The position numbers and the translations under genes were made by a program. Positions 1 to 9,643 of a DNA stretch of 64,000 bases are shown piece after piece (the stretch's first letter is position 1; each line of letters begins with the position of its first letter). The DNA is from an uncultured Phycisphaeraceae bacterium (GTDB taxonomy: Bacteria; Planctomycetota; Phycisphaerae; UBA1845): NCBI GenBank assembly GCA_964648365.1, contig CAZYLK010000001.1, forward strand, positions 762-64,761. The letters are read 5' to 3'. The notes beneath the pieces are model-generated. The model had not been told where the DNA came from and made no database searches. It was given only the letters and a program-made list of their open reading frames with translations.

Positions 1-542
1 CGGGCGTCGGCCAGTTTGCTCTCAATCGTTCGCTGCTCGTCTTCGAGCTGTTCCTTTTCGAGTCGCAACTCCGCGACCAGGTCGCGCTCCGCCTGCAGCG
101 TCTCGTACTCCGCCGCGGTCAGCGGATCTTCCTCGCCGTGCTCGGCCAACACCTCTTCGTAACGCTGCTGCAAGACCTGCAGGACCTGCTCGGCGCTGCT
201 GTGCTTGAGCTTGACGTCGTCGTACTTTGCCTTGATTTCGGCCAGCCGGCTCTGATGGCCGGCGATCGTGCCGCGCCGCGACCGGACCAGCGCTTCCGCC
301 TCGTCCAGGCGCGCCTTGGCGGTCTCGATCTGCGCCTCCATGGCGGACGTCTGCGTCGCGACGTAGTCCAGGTAGGACAGGCCGGACTGGGCGGACATGT
401 ACTCCGACTGGTAGTCGCGCCACGGCAGGTCGTGGTCCACGGCGATGAACCAGACAAAGGACACCAGCATCACCGCGGCCGACGCCGCGAAGATGACGTT
501 CAGGCGGTCCATCCGGTAAAGCGTATCGGTTGGTACAGGCAT
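1..542 (-). CDS. Partial CDS (N-terminus in window, runs off left edge): membrane-anchored coiled-coil protein, function unknown
   Basis: Own minus-strand translation from ATG 542-540 gives MPVPTDTLYRMDRLNVIFAASAAVMLVSFVWFIAV (one TM helix). A long E/L/Q/A-rich coiled-coil-like stretch follows and stays open to position 1. It is absent from the ORF track because no stop lies in the window. It follows the cyt b genes on the same strand. Confidence 0.55.
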   Translation of the reverse strand, partial: MPVPTDTLYRMDRLNVIFAASAAVMLVSFVWFIAVDHDLPWRDYQSEYMSAQSGLSYLDYVATQTSAMEAQIETAKARLDEAEALVRSRRGTIAGHQSRLAEIKAKYDDVKLKHSSAEQVLQVLQQRYEEVLAEHGEEDPLTAAEYETLQAERDLVAELRLEKEQLEDEQRTIESKLADA

Positions 543-570
543 CAGACTCGCTCGTGGCGGCTTGCGCCGC

Positions 571-680
571 GGGAGTAAGGGAGTAAGGGAGTGTGGGAGT
601 ACGGGAAGAGGTGGTGATTCATGACCGCGGCGCCCGCTCTTCCCTTAGTCCCTTACTTCCTTACTCCCTGTTCCCTTCTT
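571..680. repeat. Inverted pair of 8-bp tandem arrays, family A (GGGAGTRA): 571-608 forward, 639-680 reverse complement
   Basis: Read directly: gggagtaagggagtaagggagtgtgggagtacgggaag ... cttcccttagtcccttacttccttactccctgttcccttcttc. The pair fills the gap between the cyt b subunit stop (681-683) and the next gene start (542). Confidence 0.9.
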
Positions 681-1784
681 CTAAATATTGAAAAAGTACT
701 CGGTCACGGCCAGGAAGTAGTGCATGTCCAGCGTCCAGCGGGCCAGCATCTTGATCGGCACCAGCGCCATCCACAGCAGCAGCATGACGGCGATCGAGTA
801 ACGGATGAAGCCGATCTGCTTGTAGATCTTCCGCATGACCGTCACCGCCAGCAGCAGCGGCAGGACGAAGAAGTAGCCGCCCATCAGCAGCACGCCGGGC
901 AGTTCACGGATCATCCAGTCGTCCGGCAGCGCCCGGCCCAGCCCGCGCACCCAGAACAGGTCGGCCACGTTGACGTTGAGCAGCGCCGCCAGCCGGTGCA
1001 TGTCCCAGAACTCGTACGGGCCGAAGAAGTTCCAGTTCGGTCCCCGCAGGAACGTCCCGAAGACGATCAGCACCACCCAGAGGATGACCCAGCCGAACAT
1101 GAACGTCGAAATGACGAACGGGCGCTCCTTGAACGTGTAGTAGCCGTTGCCGCGCGGATTGCGGTCGATGTAAGGCAGCGCGATCAGGCCGACGATGATC
1201 AGGCCCGGCAGCAGCACGCCGGCAATCCACGGGTCGAAGTAGACCAGCAGTTCCTGCAAGCCCAGGAAGTACCAGGGGGCCTTGGCCGGGTTGGGCGCGA
1301 CGGCCGGGTCGGCCGGCTGCTCCAGCGGGGCGCGGAGCAGGATGGCCCAGACGATCAGCGCGGCCGTACACAGCGTCAGGGCGATCAGCTCGGTGTAGAC
1401 CAGGTCCGGCCAGACCAGCACCTTGTCGTCCGAGCCGGCCTCGATCAACGGCTCGCCCCGCTCCATGCGTTCGTCGTTGATCGCCGCCTGCCGGAAGGCC
1501 AGCCAGGTGCAGTAGGCGACCCCGAACATCATGATGGTGATCGGGACGTTGTCCGGTTTCTTGATGATCGACGCAAAGTTCGGATCGAAGGCGCTGACGA
1601 CGTAGAACAGCGTGAAGAGAACGCCGAACGTCAGCGCCACCGCCGGTTTGGTCAGCGTACGATAGCCGACCAGGAACACGAGCAGGGCGAGGCAACTGAT
1701 CACGAAGAAGGGCGCCGGCTCGCAGAGCGTGTTGATCAGCCCCTTGATCTGGTCGATGGTTGATTCGGCCAACAGCATGTGCAT
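681..1784 (-). CDS. Cytochrome b C-terminal domain / subunit IV-like membrane protein of a split cytochrome bc complex
   Basis: From ORF 681..1886. It has a PEWY-type region (AKAPWYFLGLQELLVYF) and many TM helices, and lies directly downstream of the cyt b6-like gene. The start was moved to ATG 1784 (MHMLLAEST) because the upstream codons translate a hairpin repeat. Confidence 0.8.
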   Translation of the reverse strand: MHMLLAESTIDQIKGLINTLCEPAPFFVISCLALLVFLVGYRTLTKPAVALTFGVLFTLFYVVSAFDPNFASIIKKPDNVPITIMMFGVAYCTWLAFRQAAINDERMERGEPLIEAGSDDKVLVWPDLVYTELIALTLCTAALIVWAILLRAPLEQPADPAVAPNPAKAPWYFLGLQELLVYFDPWIAGVLLPGLIIVGLIALPYIDRNPRGNGYYTFKERPFVISTFMFGWVILWVVLIVFGTFLRGPNWNFFGPYEFWDMHRLAALLNVNVADLFWVRGLGRALPDDWMIRELPGVLLMGGYFFVLPLLLAVTVMRKIYKQIGFIRYSIAVMLLLWMALVPIKMLARWTLDMHYFLAVTEYFFNI

Positions 1785-1820
1785 GTCAGAGTCCGTTGAC
1801 TGACGCTGGAAACTCTCGTT

Positions 1821-1903
1821 GTGGCACCGGTTGTCACCCGGTGACCTCGTGTGGCACCGGCCTTCGACCGATGCTGACCCCGGCATGAATGCCGGGGCTC
1901 TGA
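1821..1903. repeat. Hairpin repeat cluster: H1-type GTGGCACCGGTT.. (1821-1843, partial 1851-1860) plus H2 hairpin CCCCGGCATGAATGCCGGGG (1878-1897)
   Basis: Read directly. The same H1+H2 combination recurs at 7255-7299. Confidence 0.85.
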
Positions 1904-2031
1904 AACTGTGGCGCCGGCTCCCGCCCGGTGCTCAAGCGCCCCGCACGAAGCCGGGCGTCCCACACAAACTCATTCAGTCTTCTCTGCGGCTTTGCAGCTT
2001 CGCGCCTTTGCGTTGACTTCCATCCGTCCGC

Positions 2032-2883
2032 CTACAGCGGCCCGCTGATCCCGCCGTCCTTGCGAATCCGCCAGAAGTGTACCGCAATCAGCACCGACAC
2101 GACGACAGGCAGGAACACGCAGTGGAGCACGTAAAACCGCAGCAGCGCATTGGGACCAACGAACGTCCCCGCCAGCAGGCCGAAACGCGCGTCCGACCCC
2201 GCATGAACCAGGGGGACGCCGTCGATCCTGACGAACGAAGCCAGCGGACCCTCGTGACCCAGCAGCGGGGTCGCGCGGGCCATGTTCGAGCCGACCGTGA
2301 TGGCCCACATCGCCAACTGATCCCACGGCAGCAGGTATCCGGTAAACGACAGCAGCAGCGTGAGCACGAGCAGAATGACCCCGACGGTCCAGTTGAACTC
2401 CCGCGGCGGCTTGTAGCTGCCGGTCAGAAACACGCGGAGCATGTGCAGCCAGATCGAGATGATCATCGCGTGCGCGCCCCAGCGGTGGATCTCCCGCATC
2501 AGGCCCATCGAGATGACCTTGGCCCGCATGTTCTGGATGTCCACGTAAGCGTATTCGACCACCGGGCGGTAGTAGAACATCAGCAGCACGCCCGTGACGA
2601 CTTCCGCCAGGAAGAGGAAGAACGTCAGCCCGCCCATGCACCATGTGAAGGACAGGCGGATGCCGCTCTTGCGGACCGCGACCGGGTGCAGGTGGAGGAA
2701 GACGTTGCTGAGCACCGCCATGGCCCGGGTGCGGCGGTCGCGCGGGATGCCGTGGCGGAAAATGCTGTTCCAGACCTGCCCCTCGCGCACCCACGTCAGG
2801 ATGCTGCCGCCGAACAGCACCAGCACCGCCGTGCCGGCGCCTCCAGCGAGCAGAATGATCACCAGCGGTAGATACGAACCCAT
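2032..2883 (-). CDS. Cytochrome b6-like N-terminal (heme-binding) subunit of cytochrome bc complex
   Basis: 283-aa ORF that is polytopic, with His-bearing helices ([45 protein letters not shown]) typical of the cytochrome b/b6 N-terminal domain. It lies between the Rieske and subunit IV-like genes. Confidence 0.85.
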   Translation of the reverse strand: MGSYLPLVIILLAGGAGTAVLVLFGGSILTWVREGQVWNSIFRHGIPRDRRTRAMAVLSNVFLHLHPVAVRKSGIRLSFTWCMGGLTFFLFLAEVVTGVLLMFYYRPVVEYAYVDIQNMRAKVISMGLMREIHRWGAHAMIISIWLHMLRVFLTGSYKPPREFNWTVGVILLVLTLLLSFTGYLLPWDQLAMWAITVGSNMARATPLLGHEGPLASFVRIDGVPLVHAGSDARFGLLAGTFVGPNALLRFYVLHCVFLPVVVSVLIAVHFWRIRKDGGISGPL

Positions 2884-3109
2884 GAAAACTGTTTCCTGAA
2901 CCTCGCGTCGATCACCGACCCTCCGCGGCCGTGCGGAAGCCGGTTTCAGTACTGTCCGACCCGCGCCGCGTCAATCCGAACGGCCGGACACGGGCCTCCG
3001 GCCCGGTTTTGCAGCCCGTGACCGCACTCAAGCCCGGTGGCGCCGGCCTGGATCCCCGGAGGAGTACCGCCCGGGCGGCTGCGCCACGCTCCGTTCAACC
3101 GGCGGCCAG

Positions 3110-4162
3110 CTAGACCGCGATGAAACTCTCCGGATTGGCCCACTGACCCAGTTCGTGCTGGAACTTCTTGCTCTTGTCGACGATCAGCGTGCCGTCCACC
3201 ACGTTGACCTTGAACCGCTCCAGCGGTCGCGGCGTCGGGCCCTGGAAGTTGATGCCGGTGTAATAGTAGCCGCTGCCGTGACAGGGGCAGAGAAACTTGC
3301 GGTCGTTCGGCAGCCAGTTCGGGATGCAGCCCAGATGGGTGCAGATGATGTTCAGCGCCGCGATCCGGTCTTCCGTGCGGATCATCCAGATGCCCTTGGG
3401 CTTGTAATCCTCGTTGACTTCGCCCGGCGCCATTTCCATGTACTTGGAGACCGGGCCGACCCGCACCCGCGGATCCGGCTCTTCCAGGGCGTTGGGCATC
3501 AGGAATCGTTGCAGCGCCAGGCCGCTGCCGGCCGCGGTCGCCGAGAACAGGCCCCATCCCAGTCCCATCGCCAGCGCTGAACTGGACATCGCCTCGCGTC
3601 GCGACATCTCGTCTTTCGACTTCTTCGCCGTGTCGAGGGTCTTGGCGAAGCGGGCGTCGGGCGGAAGTTCGTCCGGGTCTTTCGAGTCAAGCGGGGATGA
3701 GACGCCGCCGGACTTGCGGGCGATGGCCGCGTTGCCGCCGCGGGACTTGGCCGCCCGAAGCAGCGCCTGCATGGCCGGGTCGCCGATCTCTTCCGCGACC
3801 GGCGGGGCGGGCGCCTTAGCGGCCGCCGCGGTCTTGGCGTCGTCCTTGGCCGCGCCGCCCGCCGCCTTGGCGGCCTTGGGCGCCGCGGCGGGCTTCTCTT
3901 CTGCGGGTTCGGCGGCGGCCTCGGCTTCGGAGACCTCGAACGGCGCCGTGTCGAACTTGATGACATCGACGGGGCATTCTTCCGCCGCGTCGATGATGTC
4001 CTGCGTGATCGGCTTGGTGAACTCAGCGTCCAGCGCCGCCGGACGGATGATGCACGTATCCTCGAGCACCTCGAACACCGTGGGGGCGGTGTTCTCGCAG
4101 GCGTCGCAGACGATGCAGCCTTCTTCGATCCAGACCTTGGTGACGAGTTCTTTCTTCGGCAT
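3110..4162 (-). CDS. Rieske [2Fe-2S] protein with N-terminal ferredoxin-like domain and Ala/Lys/Pro-rich linker
   Basis: Rieske boxes CTHLGC and CPCHGS lie near the C-terminus. A Tat-like motif and anchor (MSRREAMSSSALAMGLGWGLF) is internal. The N-terminal part has CIVCDACENTAP...ECPVDVI (CxxCxxC...CP ferredoxin pattern). ATG 4162 is preceded by GAGG. An in-frame internal ATG at 3607 would give a canonical short Rieske. Confidence 0.8.
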   Translation of the reverse strand: MPKKELVTKVWIEEGCIVCDACENTAPTVFEVLEDTCIIRPAALDAEFTKPITQDIIDAAEECPVDVIKFDTAPFEVSEAEAAAEPAEEKPAAAPKAAKAAGGAAKDDAKTAAAAKAPAPPVAEEIGDPAMQALLRAAKSRGGNAAIARKSGGVSSPLDSKDPDELPPDARFAKTLDTAKKSKDEMSRREAMSSSALAMGLGWGLFSATAAGSGLALQRFLMPNALEEPDPRVRVGPVSKYMEMAPGEVNEDYKPKGIWMIRTEDRIAALNIICTHLGCIPNWLPNDRKFLCPCHGSGYYYTGINFQGPTPRPLERFKVNVVDGTLIVDKSKKFQHELGQWANPESFIAV

Positions 4163-4265
4163 TTCGGATACCTCGCCGCGTCGGCGGGCGCGGCGCCGGT
4201 CAGCGTCGCGGGCCGCGTTTCTTCCGCGTGCGTCTATCGTAAACACGCGGCTTTTTCAAGCGCAC

Positions 4266-5261
4266 CTAGTCGCCTTCGTCCGTTTCGCGACCGGCCATGA
4301 CCTCGCGGACCCGGTTGACCACCTGCGGCGAAGGGTCTGTTTCCAGGGCACGCACCGCAGACCACAGTTCCTCATCGTCGAGATGCGACACGGCGTCGAT
4401 CGCTGCGATCAGATGCTCGTCGATGCGCGCCGGCGGCATGGGCGACTCGACGATCTGCCCCGGGGCGCTCTCGATTCGCATCGTCACTTTCTCGGACCAG
4501 TAGCTGCGGTCCAGCATGTCGAGAAGCTCAGCCCGCCCGGCCGGGCTGCCCAGCCGCGCCAGCGACAGCGCGGCGTTCCAGATTACCTCGCGCTGGTCCT
4601 CGCTTCCCGTGCAGATCGCCGTGAGCGCCTCGACCGCTTCCGTGTCCGTCGGATCGGCGACAAACGAGAGGGCGTAGGCCGCCACGGTCCGTACCACCGG
4701 CTCCGGATCGTCCGCGGCCAGGCGGCAGATCGGCGTCAGCCCGGCGGCTCGGACGCCCGGCACCTCGTGCATGGACGCCAACGCCTGCACGGCGCTGCGG
4801 CGAATCTCCCACAGCGGGCATTCGAGGCATCGGACGACCGGTGCGACGGCCTCGGGTCGATCGGTTCGCGCCAAGGCCGCCAGGACGAATTCAAACTTCT
4901 GCACCCCGGTCTTGCCGAGTTCGCCGGCGGAGGCAAGCATCCGGTCGCACAGCGCGGTCAGGCGCTGAACGATCACATCCAGATCCGCCGGGCTGACCTC
5001 GACCTCCTTCTTGTCGAGACGCATGGCCAGTTCGCGGGCGGCCTGCCAGATTTCCTTGTCGCGCGGCATCAGGGCCACGTCGAGGAGTTTCTCGCCGTGC
5101 GGCGACTCCACCGCGGCGAGCAGCTCGGTCACGCTCTTGTCCTTCTCGGCACTGACGCGGCCGAAGAGGATGACTACGGTGATCGCCCCCCCGACGATCA
5201 GCGTGACGATCAGCAGCGGTACTCCGACCAGCTTGAGAACGACGGAACCGCCGGACGGCAT
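4266..5261 (-). CDS. HEAT-repeat protein with N-terminal TM helix
   Basis: From ORF 4266..5360. It contains repeated HEAT-like units (EIRRSAVQALASM, DPEPVVRTVAAYALSF, DPSPQVVNRVREVM). The start is uncertain: ATG 5261 gives the TM N-terminus MPSGGSVVLKLVGVPLLIV, while 5360 is a GTG. Confidence 0.6.
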   Translation of the reverse strand: MPSGGSVVLKLVGVPLLIVTLIVGGAITVVILFGRVSAEKDKSVTELLAAVESPHGEKLLDVALMPRDKEIWQAARELAMRLDKKEVEVSPADLDVIVQRLTALCDRMLASAGELGKTGVQKFEFVLAALARTDRPEAVAPVVRCLECPLWEIRRSAVQALASMHEVPGVRAAGLTPICRLAADDPEPVVRTVAAYALSFVADPTDTEAVEALTAICTGSEDQREVIWNAALSLARLGSPAGRAELLDMLDRSYWSEKVTMRIESAPGQIVESPMPPARIDEHLIAAIDAVSHLDDEELWSAVRALETDPSPQVVNRVREVMAGRETDEGD

Positions 5262-5448
5262 GTCGGTTGTTGGAGGTCTGTCGGCCACGTCGGATTTCCG
5301 CGGGGAGCGCGGAACCCCCCGGGAGGCGTCTCTGAGTCGCTGAATTATCGGTCGAGCCACCCGGCCCGGACGGTGACTTCGTGATTTTTTTCACAAAGTC
5401 GGCAGGATTGTAGGCGGCGGGTGCGCTGGCTGCAATAGTAGTGAGGAA

Positions 5449-5472
5449 AGGCACGAAGGCACGAAGGCACAG
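5449..5472. repeat. Short 8-bp tandem repeat AGGCACGA x3
   Basis: Read directly: aggcacgaaggcacgaaggcacag, upstream of the XRE gene. Confidence 0.7.
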
Positions 5473-5504
5473 AGGGAAAAGAATACGCACGGGGAGCCCT
5501 GAGT

Positions 5505-5831
5505 ATGGCCAAGAAACGCCCACCGACGACGGATGCCGTCGAAATCCTCGACCGCCGATACTTTCGGGATCATCCGGATCGCAATGGCGAGTTGGAGGTG
5601 GAGCGAGCGAACGCGGAAGTGGCACGGAAAGTCTTCGACCTGCGCAGTTCGGCAGGGCTGACGCAGGCGCAGCTTGCTCGCCGCGTCGGTACCACGGCGT
5701 CGGTGATCAGCCGGCTTGAGGACGCCGACTACGAGGGGCACTCACTGTCGATGCTTCGGCGGATTGCCGCTGCGCTGAATCGCCGCGTGGAGATTCGGTT
5801 CGTCCGGATCGGACGTGCTGTCCGAAGCTGA
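5505..5831 (+). CDS. XRE-family helix-turn-helix protein (antitoxin-like), no partner toxin visible
   Basis: 108-aa ORF with an HTH core LTQAQLARRVGTTASVISRLE. The C-terminal LSMLRRIAAALNRRVEIRF is typical of HigA/XRE antitoxin-like proteins. Confidence 0.7.
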   Translation: MAKKRPPTTDAVEILDRRYFRDHPDRNGELEVERANAEVARKVFDLRSSAGLTQAQLARRVGTTASVISRLEDADYEGHSLSMLRRIAAALNRRVEIRFVRIGRAVRS

Positions 5832-5848
5832 CGGCGTCGTCGGCGGCG

Positions 5849-7204
5849 CTACGCAGACCGATCCCCACCGATCACCGACCGTACCTGCGCGACGAGTTCC
5901 TCGGCCTGCTGCGTGGTCGCCGCTTCGGCGATCACCCGCATGATCGGCTCCGTGTTCGATGCCCGGACGTGGACCCATCGGTCGGGCCAGGCGATGCGGA
6001 TGCCGTCCACGTCGGAATAGTCTTCGTCCATGAACGCCTTCTTCACGGCCGTGATCGCGGCCGCGATACGCTCCCGGTCGCACGCGATTTTCTGCTTGAC
6101 CATGACGTAGCGGGGCATGTCGTCCACGATTGCGCTGAGCGGGCGCTTTTCGGCCGCCATCAGGTCCAGCGTCAACGCCATGGCGACCAGGCTGTCGCGC
6201 ACGCTGCCGACCCGCGGGTCGATGACGCCGCCATTGCCCTCGCCGCCGACGACGGCCTCGTGCTCCGCCATGGCGGCGACGACGTTGGCCTCGCCCACCG
6301 GCGTACGAATCACCCGGCTCCCGGACGCCGCGGTCGCGATGTCGTCCACCATGCGCGATGTCGAGAGGTTGACGACGATCGGACCCGGGTTCAGCGCGAC
6401 GATGCGGCGGGCCGCCAGCGCCAGGGTGTATTCCTCGCCGATGTAGCGACCGTTCTCGTCAATGATCGCCAGCCGGTCCGCGTCGGGATCCTGCACGAAG
6501 CCAACCGCGACCCCGGCCTCGCCGACCTTGCGGCTGACCGCAACCAGGTTCTCCTGCGTCGGCTCTGGCGATCGCGGGAAGGCGCCGGTCGGCTCGGCGT
6601 TCTGGTGCTGGACGTGGCAGCCGAGCGCGTCGAGCAGCGCCCGGCCCACGTGGCCGCCGACGCCGTTGACGCTGTCGAGATAGACGCGGAAGCGCTTCTC
6701 GCGGATGGCCGGCAGCGACACGGTGTCCAGCACGCGGGCGACGTGATGCTCGTCGGCGCCATCGTGGGTCGTGACCGCCCCGGTACGCTCCTCCGTCGCC
6801 TGTCGCGCGGCCGTGTCGTCCAGCAGTGCGAGGATAGCCTGGGCCGTGCCAGCGTCGGGTGCGGCGCCGTGGGACGTCAGGAACTTAATGCCGTTGTACT
6901 CGATGGGGTTGTGGCTGGCGGTGATGACGACGCCGCCGTCGGCGGCCAGTTCCGTCACCATGACGCCGATCGTCGGCGTGGTGGCCGGACCCAGGTCTAC
7001 GACGTCGATGCCGCCGGTGGTGAGGCCCTTCGTGACAGCCGCCTGGAAGAGCGGCCCGCTTTCGCGCGAGTCCCGCCCGACCACGACCTTGCCGCGGCCG
7101 CCGAGATAGGCCGCGAACGCGCGGCCGGCGTCCCGCGCAAGCGATTCGGTCAGCGTGTCTCCCACCACGCCGCGTATTCCGGAGACTCCCTTCATCAGAC
7201 TCAT
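5849..7204 (-). CDS. Phosphohexomutase (phosphoglucosamine/phosphomannomutase family)
   Basis: It has the active-site loop TASHNPIEYNGIKF, the metal site FVQDPDADRLAI and an N-terminus MSLMKGVSGIRGVVG. The start was set to ATG 7204 because upstream codons overlap a hairpin repeat. Confidence 0.85.
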   Translation of the reverse strand: MSLMKGVSGIRGVVGDTLTESLARDAGRAFAAYLGGRGKVVVGRDSRESGPLFQAAVTKGLTTGGIDVVDLGPATTPTIGVMVTELAADGGVVITASHNPIEYNGIKFLTSHGAAPDAGTAQAILALLDDTAARQATEERTGAVTTHDGADEHHVARVLDTVSLPAIREKRFRVYLDSVNGVGGHVGRALLDALGCHVQHQNAEPTGAFPRSPEPTQENLVAVSRKVGEAGVAVGFVQDPDADRLAIIDENGRYIGEEYTLALAARRIVALNPGPIVVNLSTSRMVDDIATAASGSRVIRTPVGEANVVAAMAEHEAVVGGEGNGGVIDPRVGSVRDSLVAMALTLDLMAAEKRPLSAIVDDMPRYVMVKQKIACDRERIAAAITAVKKAFMDEDYSDVDGIRIAWPDRWVHVRASNTEPIMRVIAEAATTQQAEELVAQVRSVIGGDRSA

Positions 7205-7254
7205 AAGCGTTCCTGTCGACCAACTCCGGCCGGCGTCCAGCCGCCGCCCCGCAT

Positions 7255-7299
7255 GTGGCACCGGTTTTCAACCGGTGGACCCCGGCATGAATGCCGGGG
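7255..7299. repeat. H1 hairpin (GTGGCACCGGTTTTCAACCGGTG, 7255-7277) + H2 hairpin (CCCCGGCATGAATGCCGGGG, 7280-7299)
   Basis: Read directly. It lies in the divergent region between the mutase gene and the PDZ-hydrolase gene. Confidence 0.9.
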
Positions 7300-7443
7300 C
7301 TCTGAGCGCCGGTGCAACCCCGCGGCCGCGACCGCTCCGTGCAGGACTATACAGCTTCGTACACGGGCGGGCGACCGGTCGGCGATAGAATGCGGCCTCC
7401 TGAACCTCGGGTCGCGCTTCCGCGCGCATTGAAAGGATCCAAG

Positions 7444-8790
7444 ATGCGGATAGGGATGACTGGCCGGTTTCACGTGCTCGCGCTCATTACGGTTCTTGCG
7501 TCCGCAGAGATGGCCGGCGCCCAGACGCTCGGCCGGCGCGGCCTCATGGGCGTACAGCTTGCCCCGCTCGATGCGGATACTGCCGCCAGGCTCAAACTGG
7601 CATCCGCCGAGGGTGTTCTGATCGGCGGCGTCGTCCCAGGAACGCCTGCGGAAGCGGCCGGCATGAAGGCCAGCGACGTGATCGTCGGCGTGGGCGACCG
7701 CAAGACGGTCGACGTCCCGGCGCTCATCGCGGTTCTGCGCAACTACTACGCGGGCGACGTGCTGCCGCTGAAGGTCATGCGCGAAGGCGAGCCGATCGAA
7801 CTGAAGCTGACGCTGGCTGAACGCCCGAAAGAGACGTCCGACGACTTCGACGTGCTCTACGAGGCGGCCTACGTCGGCGATAAACGCGTCCGTACCATCA
7901 TCACCCGTCCCAAGGGCGAAGGCGCCCGCCCGGCGGTCCTGTTCATCCAGCCGATGTCGCAGATGTCGATGGACTTCGGCAACCGGCCGCACCCGTTCAA
8001 GCGGCTGCTGGGCGACCTGACCAAGGCCGGCTACGTGGTGATGCGGGTCGAACGCGTCGGCGTCGGCGACAGCGAGGGCGAAGACGTTCGCCAGACCGAC
8101 GTGAAGACCGACGTGGCGACCTTCCGCGGTGCGCTGGAGAAGCTCGCCACATACGACTACGTGGACAAAGACAACGTCTTCGTGTTGACGCATTCGCTGG
8201 GCGCCGCCATCACGCCCCTGGTGGCGCGCGGCGCGCCGGTGCGCGGTGTCATCACCTACGGCGCCGTCGGCGAGTCATGGATCGACGCAATGGTCGCCGC
8301 CAGCGAGCGAAGCTGGAAGCTGGAGATGATCGAGGATGAGGAAGTCGCTGCGCGATCGAAGAAACTGGCCGCGTTTCTGAAGGGCGTCGTGTCCGAAGGC
8401 AAATCGCCGCGGCAGGTGCTTGAGGCGGACGCTGACTTGCAGCAGACGTTCGACTCCTTCGTGCAAGGCGACGAGTACATCGGCGGGCAGCATTACACCT
8501 ACGTTCAGGCGATGGAGAAGCTCGACGTGGCGGGCGCGTGGAAGGCCTGCGACGGTCCCGTCCTGGCGATCTGGGGCGAGGCCGATTTCGTCGCGGCACG
8601 TGAGGACAGCGCGATGATCGCTTCCGCCGCGAAGAAGGGCACGCTGCTGGCCATGCCCGGCATCGACCACAACTTCGAGCCGGCCGCGGACCAGGAAGAA
8701 AGCTATCTGGCGGGCTTTACCAATCGATTCAATGAGACGGTCATCGAGAAGGTAACGGCGTGGATGAAGGAGAATATGAAGAAGTCGTAG
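7444..8790 (+). CDS. Secreted PDZ domain + alpha/beta serine hydrolase
   Basis: Signal peptide MRIGMTGRFHVLALITVLASAEMAGAQ. PDZ-like segment GVLIGGVVPGTPAEAAGMKASDVIVGVG. Nucleophile elbow VLTHSLGA. Confidence 0.7.
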   Translation: MRIGMTGRFHVLALITVLASAEMAGAQTLGRRGLMGVQLAPLDADTAARLKLASAEGVLIGGVVPGTPAEAAGMKASDVIVGVGDRKTVDVPALIAVLRNYYAGDVLPLKVMREGEPIELKLTLAERPKETSDDFDVLYEAAYVGDKRVRTIITRPKGEGARPAVLFIQPMSQMSMDFGNRPHPFKRLLGDLTKAGYVVMRVERVGVGDSEGEDVRQTDVKTDVATFRGALEKLATYDYVDKDNVFVLTHSLGAAITPLVARGAPVRGVITYGAVGESWIDAMVAASERSWKLEMIEDEEVAARSKKLAAFLKGVVSEGKSPRQVLEADADLQQTFDSFVQGDEYIGGQHYTYVQAMEKLDVAGAWKACDGPVLAIWGEADFVAAREDSAMIASAAKKGTLLAMPGIDHNFEPAADQEESYLAGFTNRFNETVIEKVTAWMKENMKKS

Positions 8791-8794
8791 GTAG

Positions 8795-8845
8795 GGGGGA
8801 AAGGGAGTGAGGGAGTAAGGGAGTGAGGGAGTCAGGGAAGAAGGG
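8795..8845. repeat. Family A octamer array (GGGAGTRA), solo copy just after a stop codon
   Basis: ggggggaaagggagtgagggagtaagggagtgagggagtcagggaagaaggg, a few nt after stop 8788-8790. Confidence 0.9.
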
Positions 8846-8986
8846 CGCCGGCAGCGAGCCGCGTGGCTTTTGCGCGGCGGCGGCGCAGTTCTCGTTGGGC
8901 CGCCCGGGAGAGCGCGCAATCGAAACAGGCCGACCCAGTTCATTGTGGAATGAGCGCGTGCCCGCGCTGTCATCCTGGTTTGGGCC

Positions 8987-9532
8987 ATGACCTGTCCCGA
9001 CCTCATCATCGCTGGCTACTCAGAAGCCTGCATGATGCTGCGCCAGGCGAAGATCCCCGACCTGCGCGGGGTGATCGCGATTCACGGCCAGCGGGAGTAT
9101 CCGGTCGAGTGCGACGCCCTGGCATACCGGCTGGTGCTCGAGTTTGATGATACGGAGGCGCCCAGCGAGACGGACCTGATGCAGGCCGCCCGCATCGCGA
9201 TCCGGCGGCGGCAGGCGGCCGAGATCGGTTTGCGTCTGACGCCGCCAACTTTGGAGCACGCGTCGGCGATCGTCGCGTTCGCACGCTCCGTCGCCAATCT
9301 CGACGGCGCCATCCTGTGCCATTGCCACGCCGGGATCAGCCGCTCGCCGGCCGCGGCAATACTTTGCCTGGCCGCGTGGACCGCGCCGGGCGAGGAATCG
9401 GCGTGCGTCGAGCGCGTGCTCGCGCTGCGGCCCAGCGCCATGCCGCACCGCGATCTGGTCGCCTTCGGCGATGCTGTGCTGAGTCGCGGCGGCAGGCTGC
9501 TCGACGCGCTGGACCGGCTGCGGCCGTGGTGA
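8987..9532 (+). CDS. Cys-based phosphatase (CX5R, PTP/dual-specificity-like)
   Basis: 181-aa ORF with the P-loop motif CHCHAGISRS (HCxxGxxRS). Confidence 0.6.
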   Translation: MTCPDLIIAGYSEACMMLRQAKIPDLRGVIAIHGQREYPVECDALAYRLVLEFDDTEAPSETDLMQAARIAIRRRQAAEIGLRLTPPTLEHASAIVAFARSVANLDGAILCHCHAGISRSPAAAILCLAAWTAPGEESACVERVLALRPSAMPHRDLVAFGDAVLSRGGRLLDALDRLRPW

Positions 9533-9643
9533 CATGTGCGCACGTCGGCCCGTGGGTCCAGAGCCATGGCGGTGCGAGGGCGCCAACGTATACGACGCCG
9601 AGTCCTCACTTGCTTCTCCCGCGGCTCCCTCTTTCCCCTCCGG

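Noticed and set aside
3414-5384. 656-aa plus-strand ORF
   Set aside because: It is antisense to the Rieske and HEAT-repeat genes, and its S/A/R-rich translation has no motifs. It is a shadow ORF. The same reasoning applies to 621..1763(+), 2077..2871(+), 5969..7432(+), 7201..8193(-), 9316..10779(+), 17167..18345(+), 19401..20891(+), 23363..25084(+), 27387..28877(-), 31750..32985(+), 33844..34728(+), 37939..38976(-), 45342..46493(-), 46219..47808(-), 55916..57031(-), 57238..58218(-) and 59880..60956(-).
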